Shown one piece after another: positions 19,801 to 31,800 of a stretch of 64,000 nucleotides of DNA. Made by a program: the position numbers and the translations under genes. The notes below the pieces were generated by a model, which was not told the DNA's origin, did no database searches, and saw nothing but the letters and a program-made list of their open reading frames with translations. This stretch comes from Candidatus Oxydemutatoraceae bacterium. Lineage in GTDB: Bacteria; Pseudomonadota; Gammaproteobacteria; Poriferisulfidales; Oxydemutatoraceae. Every line of letters starts with the position of its first letter. Within the stretch, counting starts at the first letter, position 1. The stretch is taken from positions 704,001 through 768,000 of the forward strand of contig OZ244717.1 of NCBI GenBank assembly GCA_965218975.1, in the 5' to 3' direction.

Positions 19801-22800
19801 GGACATATTTGATTTTCTAAGCTCACTGAAGACTCTAAAATTGAACTCTAACAGGTTGACGGAGAGAGGGTTGCCCGACGGCATATTTGATAATCTTGGC
19901 TCTTTGACAACGCTGGATTTGGGGTTCAATCAATTATCGAATCTACCTGCGGGCGTGTTTGATAATCTTGTCTCTTTGGCAACGCTGGATTTGGGGTTCA
20001 ATCAATTATCGAGTCTGCCCGACGGCATATTTGATAACCTTGGCTTTTTGAAAACGCTGGATTTAGCTAACACTCAATTATCGAGTCTGTCCGACGGTAT
20101 ATTTAATAACCTTGGCTCTTTGGAAACGCTGTTTTTGGGGTTCAATCAATTATCGAGTCTGCCCGACGGCATATTTAATAATCTTAACTCTTTGACAGTG
20201 CTGGATTTGGGGGGCAATCAATTATCGAATCTACCTGCGGGCGTGTTTGATGATCTTGGCTCTTTGACAGGGCTGTATTTAGATAGAAACGAATTATCAA
20301 GTCTGCCTGCGGGTGTATTTGATTTTCTAAGTTCGCTGGAGAGGCTAATTTTGAACGTTAACGCGTTGACAGAGACGGGGTTGCCCGACGGCATATTCGA
20401 GCGCCTCATATCGCTTAGAGTAATTAGCTTGCTTAACAGTCCCGGCACTGATTCCTTCATACCGTCGGCGGATGCCGGATTCGACCGGACCGCTGCCGCC
20501 AGCGAAGTCGTTATGCTGGACGCTACCGCCACCGACGGCGGTCCGTTCGGGAGCAACCTGAGCTTCGCGTGGTCGCAGAACGAAAGCGATAGCACGCCTG
20601 TGACGCTGACCGGCGCCGATACCGCCACACCCACATTCACCGTACCGGCGGATGTGCCGGACGGGACCGTGTTTCGATTCAATCTGACAGTGGTCGGCGG
20701 GAATAAGTTTAGGACTCTTGATGGTTCCTCTCGACGGAGACTGACCGACCGCGACTCTATGAAGGTAACGGCTGGAATACCGCCCGGCGTGCCGCAAAAT
20801 GTCATGCTTGAAGCAGGCGATACGACGGTCACTGTCACTTGGGCAGCTTCGGACCTTGCAACGGGCAGCGCACCGGACACATATCGGGTGCGCTGGCTGA
20901 GCGAGAATCAGCAGATAGGTACCGCAACCGTCGCGGCGATTTCCTACCAGGTCTACGGTTTCGCCCGACATGTCGGGAGTGTTGGGCCAGGATTTAATGT
21001 CGATGAGTTTGACCCGGGCGGCCTCGCCTCGCACGGAGGCCAACTCTATCTGATAGGTTTGAGTGGCTTCTACACCCTTGACCCCGAAACAGGCGTAACC
21101 GTCCGAATAGGTTCAGGGAGATTTAATATCGGTGTCGGTGGGTTTGACCCGGGCGGCCTCGTTTCGCACAACGGCACACTCTATATGGTAGGCACTGATG
21201 GTGAGACTCGCCTCTACACCCTTGACCCCGGAACGGGCACAGCCGAGCAAGTAGGTGCTGCGGATCAATTTAATGTCGGTGAGTCTGACCCGAACGGCCT
21301 TGCTTCGCACAACGGCATGCTCTATATGGTAGGTGCACGGAATGATGCCCTCTACACCCTCAACCCCGAAACGGGCATAGCCTCCCAAGTAGGCCCGGCG
21401 GGATTTAATGTCGGTGAGTCTAGCCCGGGCGGCCTCGCTTCGCATAATGGCGTGCTCTATATGGTAGGCTCCAATGGGGATGCCCTCTACACCCTCAATC
21501 CCAGAACAGGCATAGCCTCCCAAGTAGGCGCTGCGGATCAATTTAATATCGGTGAGAGCGTTCCGTCCGGTCTCACCTCGCACAACGGCATACTTTATAT
21601 GGTAGGTGCCGATGCTGATACGCTTTACCAGCTACACTCCGAAAGCGGACGCTATACGATCGAGGACCTGACCAACGATACCGAATACACAATTGAAGTC
21701 GCGGCCGTCATCAATGCGGTCGCTGCGACTACCGCGGCCGCCGTGACCGTGACCCCGACCGTACCGCAACCGCCGCCGCTACCAAGCACCCCGCAAAACG
21801 TCATGCTTGAAGCAGGCAATAAGACGATCACCGTCACTTGGGTGGCCTCGGACCTTGCAACGGGCGGCGCACCGGACACATATCGGGTGCGCTGGCTGAG
21901 CGAGGGCCAACAGATAGGCACCGCAACCACCGCGGCGATTTCCTACCGGATCTACGGTTTCGCCCGGCAGGTCGGGAATGTTGGCCCAGGATTTAATGTC
22001 GTTGAGTTTGAGCCGACCGGTCTCGCTTCGCACGGAGACCAACTCTATATGGTGGGGCGTCAGCGCGAGGCTCTTTTCACCCTTGATCCCGGAACAGGCA
22101 TAGCCGACCAAGTAGGTCCAAGGAGATTTGATGTCGGTGAGAGATTTCCGACCGGTTTGGCCTTGCACAACGGTACGCTCTATATGTTAGGTAGCAATCC
22201 CCCTTCTGATCCCTCCCTCTACACCCTCGACCCCGAAACGGGCATAGCCTCCCTGGTAGTTTCAGTAGGGATATCTTATGCCGGAGGCCTCGCCTCGCAC
22301 GGAGACCAACTCTATATGGTAGGAGGTATTGATTTGGGGAATCCTGCCCTCTACACCCTTGATCCCAAAACGGGCGCCGCCGACCAAGTAGGCACTGCGG
22401 ATCAATTTAATGTCAATGAAAATCTCCCATCCGGCCTTGTCTCGCACGACGGCACACTCTATATGGTAGGTGCCGCTGAGTATATGGCAGGAGACGCTGA
22501 TAGGGCTGCCCTCTACACCCTTGACCCCGAAACAGGCGTAGCCGAACAAGTAGGCGCTGCGGACCGATTTAATGTCGGTGAGGGCACTCCGTCCGGCCTC
22601 GCCTCGCACAACGGCATACTTTATATGGTAGGTTCCGATACTGATACGCTTTACCGACTACACTCCCAGAGCGGCCGCTATACGATCATGGGTTTGATAA
22701 ACGGCACCGAATACACGATTGAGGTTGCAGCCGTCAATGCAGCCGGTGCGACCACCGCGGCCGCTGTGACTACGACTCCGAACGTGCCGACGTTCACGGT

Positions 22801-25800
22801 CTCGTTCGATCCGAGCGAGTACACGGTCAGTGAAGGCGCCGGAGGTGATTCCTCGGGTGAGCTAACTCTCACGCTCAAACTGATCAGCGCCGGGCGCCCG
22901 CCACGCGGTGATGTAACCGTGACTGTCTCGACGCGCGACGGCAGCGCGTTAGCCGTTGAGGATTATGATCCCCCTCTTAACAATGAGGAAGTCGTCTTTT
23001 CATCCGCAGCAGGCGTGACCGAGTCGTCGCAGACAATTAGTATTCGGATTGTCAATAACATTGTTCAAGAACACGGTGATGAGCTCTTTGATCATGAGAG
23101 TTTTTCGGTGGTTATTACGGATGTAACGGCGGCGCATTCCGATGATACGGTCGTGATTGGTCAGGGCGAAGCGACGGTTGCCATCGTCAATGACGATCCG
23201 TCTCCTATCTGGAGTTTGGACATGTTGCCGAGTACTGTCGGTGAAGGTATGGACACAGTGGTACCGATTGTGATGAGACGGATGCATCATATTGATCGGG
23301 GACATCCGTTGACGCTTGAGCTGGGGGGGACGGCGACGTTCGGTGAAGACTACGTCATCACGGATATGCAGGACAATCCGTTCGCGCTACCGCTTACATT
23401 CACTGCGCCGCATATTGTTGTTCCTGACCCAACGTATAGAGCCCGCCTGATGATAATGGACGACTTAGTGTTTGAGGGCGTCGAGACGATTGAAATAAGG
23501 TTGACCACAACGCACCCGTCTGTCTTCACAGATGATACGTCTCAGACGATCACCATCACCGACAACGATGCCGACGCGGCGCCGGTATTCACCAGTTCGG
23601 AAAGTTTTGAGATCAACGAAGGGCAGACGTTAGTCGGTACGGTGGCGGCTGCGGATGCGAACCCGCAAGACGAGGTAACGTATTCGGTTACCGGCGGCGC
23701 AGATCAAGATCAGTTCACCATCGACTCGTCTTCGGGCGAACTGATCTTCACAACCGCACCGGACTATGAGAATCCGGCGGATGCGGACGGAGACAATGTA
23801 TACATGCTCACGGTGGCGGCGAGTGGCGGCACAAGCGCTCGGGCGTTAACGACGACGCAAGCGATTACGGTGATGGTGCTTGATGTGGCTACTACGATCA
23901 CGGTTACGGCAGAGGAGCCGGCAGTAACGGAAGGCGAGCCGACGGTGTTCGTGTTTGAGCGGACCGACTCGACGGATGCGTTGGATTTGTTGGTGAACGT
24001 TACGGTAGTTGCGACCGACGACGAAATGCTTGCGGATGCGGCGCCTAGTAGGGTGACTTTTGCTGCCGGTTCTGCGACAACGGTACTTAGCCTTGCCACC
24101 GTCATTGATGAAATGATTGGCGACAGAACGGTGATGGTTACCGTGAACGACGGTATGGGTTATGAGGTCGGTATTGAGAATAGCGCCGAGGTGCGGGTGA
24201 TCAACGTCAACGTGGCACCGGTATTCACCAGTTCGGAAAGTTTTGAGGTCAACGAAGGGCAGACGGTAGTGGGCACGGTGACGGCTGCGGATGCGAACCC
24301 GCAAGACGAGGTAACGTATTCGGTTACCGGCGGTGCGGATGAGGCCTTGTTCACCTTCGCCGACTCGTCTTCGGGCGAACTGATCTTCACAACCGCACCG
24401 GACTATGAGAATCCGGCGGATGCGGATACGGATAACGTTTATATGCTCATCGTGACGGCGGCCGGCGGCACGGACGCTCGGGCGTTGACGACGACGCAAG
24501 CGATTACGGTGACGGTGCTTGATGTGGCTACTACGATTACGATTGCGGCGGCGGAGCCGGCGGTAACAGAAGGTGAGCCTGCGGTGTTCGTGTTTGAGCG
24601 GACCGACTCGACGGATGCGCTGGCATTGGCGGTGAACATTACGGTAGATGATCCCGACGGGGTGCTTGCGGCAGCGGCACCTGAAATGGTGACTTTTGCT
24701 GCCGGTTCTGCGACAGCGGAGCTCAGTCTTGCCACCGACGACGATACGCTTGAAGAAGACGACAGCGTAGTGACGGTTACCATCATAGACGGTGCGGACT
24801 ATAGGATCGGTATTGAGAACAGTACTTCGGTGCGTGTTGTCGACGACGACGTCAACGTGGCGCCGGCATTCATCAGTGCAGCAAGTTTTGAGGTCAACGA
24901 AGGGCAGACGGTAGTCGGCACGGTGACGGCTGCGGATGCGAACATAGAAGACGAGGTGATGTATTCGGTTACCGGCGACGGTGTGGATGATGCTCTGTTT
25001 GCAATCAACTCGTCTTCGGGCGAGTTGAGTTTTGTCACCGCACCGGACTTTGAGAATCCGGTGGATACGGATGAAGACAATAACTACATGCTCACGGTGA
25101 CGGCGAGCGGCGGCACGGACGCTCGAGCGTTGACGACGACGCAAGCGATTACAGTGGCGGTGCTTGATGTGGCTACGACGATTACGATTATGGCGGCAGA
25201 GCCGGTGGTAATGGAAGGCGAGCCGGCGGTGTTTACATTCAGTCGGACAGACGCGACGGAGGCGCCGGTATTGGCGGTGAACATTACGGTAGATGATCCC
25301 GACGGGGTGCTTGCGGCAGCGGCACCTGAAATGGTGACTTTTGCTGCCGGTTCTGCGACAGCGGCGCTCAGTCTTGCCACCGACGACGATACGCTTGAAG
25401 AAGACGACAGCACGGTAACGGTTACCGTTGTCGCCACTACGGATTATGAGGTCGGCATTGAGAATAGTGCCGAGGTGCGGGTTGTCGACAACGACGTCAA
25501 CGTGGCGCCGGTATTTACGAGTTCGGCAAGTTTTGATGTCAACGAAGGGGAGACGGTAGTCGGCACGGTGACGGCTGAGGATGCGAACATAGAAGACGAG
25601 GTGACGTATTCGGTTACTGGCGGCGCAGATCAAGATCAATTCACAATTGACTTGTCTTCGGGCGAGTTGAGTTTCGCCACTGTACCGGACTATGAGAATC
25701 CGGCGGACGCGGATACGGATAACGTTTATATGCTCATCGTGACGGCGATCGGCGGCACGGACGCTCGGGCGTTAACGACGACGCAAGTGATTACGGTGAC

Positions 25801-28800
25801 GGTGCTTGATGTGCCTACGACGATTACGATTGCGGCGGCAGAGCCGGCGGTAACAGAAGGCGAGCCTGCGGTGTTCGTGTTTGAGCGGACCGACTCGACA
25901 GAGGCGCCGGTATTGGCGGTGAACATTATAGTAGATGATCCCGACGGAGTGCTTGCGGCAGCGGCGCCTAGTAGGGTGACTTTTGCTGCCGGTTCTGCGA
26001 CAACGGTACTTAGCCTTGCCACCGTCATTGATGAAATGATTGGCGACAGAACGGTGATGGTTACCGTGAACGACGGTATGGGTTATGAGGTCGGTATTGA
26101 GAATAGTGCTTCGGTGCGTGTTGTCGACGACGACGTCAACGTGGCGCCGGCATTCACCAGTGCAGCAAGTTTTGATGTCAACGAAGGGGAGACGGTAGTG
26201 GGCACGGTGACGGCTGAGGATGCGAACCCGCAAGACGAGGTAACGTATTCGGTTACCGGCGGTGCGGATGGCACCCTGTTCACCATTGACCCGTCTTCGG
26301 GTGAGTTGAGTTTTGCCACCGCACCGGACTATGAGAATCCGGCGGATGCGGATACGGATAACGTTTATATGCTCATCGTGACGGCGGCCGGCGGCACAGA
26401 CGCTCGAGCGTTGACGACGACGCAAGCGATTACGGTGACGGTGCTTGATGTGGCTACGACGATCACGATTACGGCGGACGATGCAGAGGTTACGGAAGGC
26501 GAGCAGGCGATGTTCACGCTTGAGCGGACCGACGCGACGGATGCGCCGGTATTGGCGGTGAACATTACGGTAGATGATCCCGGCGGAGTGCTTGCGGCAG
26601 CGGCACCTGAAATGGTGACTTTTAACGCCGGTTCTGCGACAGCGGAGCTCAGTCTTGCCACCGACGACGATACGCTTGATGAAGCCGACAGCGTAGTGAC
26701 GGTTACCATCATAGACGGTGTGGGCTATAGGATCGGTATTGAGAACAGTGCTTCGGTGCGTGTTGTCGACAACGACGTCAACGTGGCGCCGGTATTCAGC
26801 GATCCGGTAAGTTTTGAGGTCAACGAAGGGCAGACGGTAGTGGGCACGGTGACGGCTGCGGATGCGAACCCGCAAGACGAGGCAACGTATTCGGTTACCG
26901 GCGGTGCGGATGAGGCCTTGTTCACCATCGACTCGTCTTCGGGCGAACTGATCTTCACAACCGCACCGGACTATGAGAATCCGACGGATGCGGACGGAGA
27001 CAATGCATACATGCTCACGGTGGCGGCAATCGGCGGCACGAACGTTCGGGCGTTAACGACGACGCAAGCGATTACGGTGACGGTGCTTGATGTGCCTACG
27101 ACGATCACGATTACGGCGGATAAGGCAGAGGTCACGGAAGGCGAGCCGGCGACATTCACGCTTGAGCGGACCGACGCGACGGATGCGCCGGTATTGGCGG
27201 TGAACATTACGGTAGATGATCCCGACGGAGTGCTTGCGGCAGCGGCGCCTGGTATGATGACTTTTGACGCCGATTCTGCGACAGCGATGCTCAACCTTGC
27301 CACCATTGATGATACGCTTGAAGAAGACGACAGCGTAGTGACGGTTACCATCATAGACGGTGCGGACTATAGGATCGGTATTGAGAATAGTGCTTCGGTG
27401 CGTGTTGTCGACGACGACGTCAACGTGGCGCCGGCATTCAGCGATCCGGTAAGTTTCGAGGTTGACGAAGGGCAGACGGTGGTCGGCACGGTGACGGCTG
27501 AGGATGCGAACATGGGGGATGAGGTAACGTATTCGGTTACCGGCGGTGCGGATGGCACCCTGTTCACCATTGACCCGTCTTCGGGTGAGTTGAGTTTTGC
27601 CACCGCACCGGACTATGAGAATCCGGTGGATGCGGATACGGATAACGTTTATATGCTCATTGTGACGGCAATCGGCGGCACGGGTGTTCGGGCGTTGACG
27701 ACGACGCAAGCGATTACGGTGATGGTGCTTGATGTGGCTACTACGATCACGGTTACGGCAGAGGAGCCGGCAGTAACGGAAGGCGAGCCGGCGGTGTTCG
27801 TGTTTGAGCGGACCGACTCGACGGATGCGCTGGCATTGACGGTGAACATTACGGTAGATGATCCCGGCGGAGTGCTTGCGGATGCGGCGCCTGGTATGGT
27901 GACTTTTGACGCCGGTTCTGCGACAGCGGTGCTTAGCCTTGCCACCATTGATGATACGCTTGAAGAAGCCGACAGCGTAGTGACGGTTACCATCATAGAT
28001 GGTGTGGGCTATAGGATCGGTATTGAGAACAGTGCTTCGGTGCGTGTTGTCGACGACGACGTCAACGTGGCGCCGGCATTCACCAGTGCAGCAAGTTTTG
28101 ATGTCAACGAAGGGGAGACGGTAGTGGGCACGGTGACGGCTGAGGATGCGAACCCGCAAGACGAGGTAACGTATTCGGTTACCGGCGGTGCGGATGGCAC
28201 CCTGTTCACCATTGACCCGTCTTCGGGCGAGTTGAGTTTCGCCGCTGCACCGGACTTTGAGAATCCGACGGATGCGGACGGAGACAATGCATACATGCTC
28301 ACGGTGGCGGCAATCGGCGGCACGAACGTTCGGGCGTTAACGACGACGCAAGCGATTACGGTGACGGTGCTTGATGTGCCTACGACGATCACGATTACGG
28401 CGGATAAGGCAGAGGTCACGGAAGGCGAGCCGGCGACATTCACGCTTGAGCGGACCGACTCGATGGATGCGTCGACATTGACGGTGAACATTACGGTAGA
28501 TGATCCCGACGGGGTGCTTGCGGCAGCGGCACCTGAAATGGTGACTTTTGCTGCCGGTTCTGCGACAGCGGAGCTCAGTCTTGCCACCGACGACGATATG
28601 CTTGAAGAAGACGACAGCGTAGTGACGGTTACCGTCATAGGCGGTGCGGGCTATAGGATCGGTATTGAGAACAGTGCTTCGGTGCGTGTTGTCGACGACG
28701 ACGTCAACGTGGCGCCGGCATTCACCAGTGCAGCAAGTTTTGATGTCAACGAAGGGGAGACGGTAGTGGGCACGGTGACGGCTGAGGATGCGAACCCGCA

Positions 28801-31800
28801 AGACGAGGTAACGTATTCGGTTACCGGCGGTGCGGATGATGCCCTGTTTGATATCGACTCGTCTTTGGGCGAACTGATCTTCACAACCGCACCGGACTAT
28901 GAGAATCCGACAGATGCGGATACGGATAACGTTTATATGCTCATCGTGACGGTGGCCGGCGGCACAGACGCTCGAGCGTTGACGACGACGCAAGCGATTA
29001 CGGTGACGGTGCTTGATGTGGCTACGACGATCACGATTACGGCGGACGATGCAGAGGTAACAGAAGGCAAGCCGGTAATGTTCACGTTTGAGCGGACCGA
29101 CTCGACGGATGCGCCGGCATTGACAGTGAACATTACGGTAGATGATCCCGGCGGAGTGCTTGCGGATGCGGCGCCTGGTATGGTGACTTTTGCCGTCGGT
29201 TCTGCGAGAACGGTGCTTAGCCTTGCCACCATTGATGAAATGATTGGCGACAGAACGGTGATGGTTACCGTGAACGACGGTATGGGTTATGAGGTCGGTA
29301 TTGAGAATAGCGCCGAGGTGCGGGTGATCGACGTCAACGTGGCACCGGTATTCAGCGATGCGGTAAGTTTTGATGTCAACGAAGGGGAGACGGTAGTGGG
29401 CACGGTGACGGCTGAGGATGCGAATATAGAAGACGAAGTGACGTATTCGATTACCGGCGGCACGGATGGTGCCCTGTTCACCATTGACCCGTCTTCGGGT
29501 GAGTTGAGTTTTGCCACCGCACCGGACTATGAGAATCCGGCGGATGCGGATACGGATAACGTTTATATGCTCATCGTGACGGCGGCCGGCGGCACAGACG
29601 CTCGAGCGTTGACGACGACGCAAGCGATTACGGTGACGGTGCTTGATGTGGCTACGACGATCACGATTACGGCGGACGATGCAGAGGTCACGGAAGGCGA
29701 GCAGGCGATGTTCACGCTTGAGCGGACCGACTCGACGGATGCGCTGGCATTGACGGTGAACATTACGGTAGTTGCGACCGACGACGAAGTGCTTGCGGAT
29801 GCGGCGCCTGGTATGGTGACTTTTGACGCCGGTTCTGCGAGAACGGTGCTTAGCCTTGCCACCATTGATGATACGCTTGAAGAAGATGACAGCACGGTGA
29901 CGGTTACTGTTGTCGACAGTACGGATTATGAGGTCGGCATTGAGAACAGTGCTTCGGTGCGTGTTGTCGACGACGACGTCAACGTGGCGCCGGCATTCAC
30001 CAGTGCAGCAAGTTTTGATGTCAACGAAGGGGAGACGGTAGTGGGCACGGTGACGGCTGAGGATGCGAACCCGCAAGACGAGGTAACGTATTCGGTTACC
30101 GGCGACGGTGCGGATGATGCTCTGTTTGCAATCGACTCGTCTTCGGGCGAGTTGAGTTTCGCCACCGTACCGGACTATGAGAATCCGGCGGATGCGGATA
30201 CGGATAACGTTTATATGCTCATCGTGACGGCGGCCGGCGGCACGGACGCTCGGGCGTTGACGACGACGCAAGCGATTACGGTGACGGTGCTTGATGTGGC
30301 TACTACGATTACGATTGCGGCGGACGATGCAGAGGTCACGGAAGGCGAGCCGGTAATGTTCACGTTTGAGCGGACCGACTCAACGGATGCGCTTGCATTG
30401 ACAGTGAACATTATGGTAGATGATCCCGACGGAGTGCTTGCGGATGCGGCGCCTGGTATGGTGACTTTTGACGCCGGTTCTGCGAGAACGGTGCTTAGCC
30501 TTGCCACCATTGATGATACGCTTGAAGAAGATGACAGCGTAGTGACGGTTACCATCATAGACGGTGCGGGCTATAGGATCGGTATTGAGAACAGTGCTTC
30601 GGTGCATGTTGTCGACGACGACGTCAATGTGGCGCCGGCATTCACCAGTGCAGCAAGTTTTGATGTCAACGAAGGGGAGACGGTAGTGGGCACGGTGACG
30701 GCTGAGGATGCGAACCCGCAAGACGAGGTAACGTATTCGGTTACCGGCGGTGCGGGCACCCTGTTCACCATTGACTCGTCTTCGGGTGAGTTGAGTTTTG
30801 CCACCGCACCGGACTATGAGAATCCGGCGGATGCGGATACGGATAACGTTTATATGCTCATCGTGACGGTGGCCGGCGGCACAGACGCTCGAGCGTTGAC
30901 GACGACGCAAGCGATTACGGTGACGGTGCTTGATGTGGCTACGACGATCACGATTACGGCGGACGATGCAGAGGTAACGGAAGGCGAGCCGGTAATGTTC
31001 ACGTTTGAGCGGACAGACTCAACGGATGCGCCGACATTGACAGTGAACATTACGATAGATGCGACCGACGAAGTGCTTGCGGATGCGGCGCCTGGTATGG
31101 TGACTTTTGACGCCGGTTCTGCGAGAACGGTGCTTAGCCTTGCCACCATTGATGATACGCTTGAAGAAGACGACAGCACGGTAACGGTTACCGTTGTCGC
31201 CACTACGGATTATGAGGTCGGTATTGAGAGTAGCGCCGAGGTGCGGGTTGTCGACAACGATGCCGTACCCGGGGCGCCGATGAACTTGACGGCTGGGGCA
31301 GGCAATACTCGGGTAGCGCTAAGTTGGGAAGCGCCTGCCGACCCTGGCACTGCGCCGATTGAGCGTTACGAATATCGCGCGAGCAATGACGCCGGAACGA
31401 TTGGGGATCAGGAATGGAATGCCGCCGGCGATGCGACGGGCGAAGTCAGAACTCAAATCGTATCGAGCTTAAGCAACGACACGGAATACACATTTGAAGT
31501 ACGCGCGGTCAGCGCGGCGGGCAACGGTGCAGCCGCGCAAATCATGGCGACACCGAGTTCCGAGACGGCGGTATTCACTCTGACGTTTGACCCGAGCGAA
31601 TATACGTTCACTGAAAGTGCCGAGAGGGTAACTCTCACGCTCAGACTGATCGGCGAAGGGCGTGCGCTGCAAGATGATGTAACCGTTACTGTCTCGACAC
31701 GCGACGGCAGCGCGGTCACTCCTCAGGATTATGTGGCTATTGAGAATGCGACGGTTGTCTTTGAACCCGAAGAGGGCGTGACCGAGTTAACGCAAACGGT

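Noticed and set aside
10981-19931. Diversity-generating retroelement TR/VR pair
   Set aside because: Duplicate is kilobases long and in-frame, differences are not adenine-restricted, and there is no RT gene in the window
23764-31203. Long antisense ORFs (up to 644 aa, Arg/His-rich) and similar ones over 38.3-47.7 kb
   Set aside because: Shadow frames produced by the codon bias and repeats of the adhesin genes
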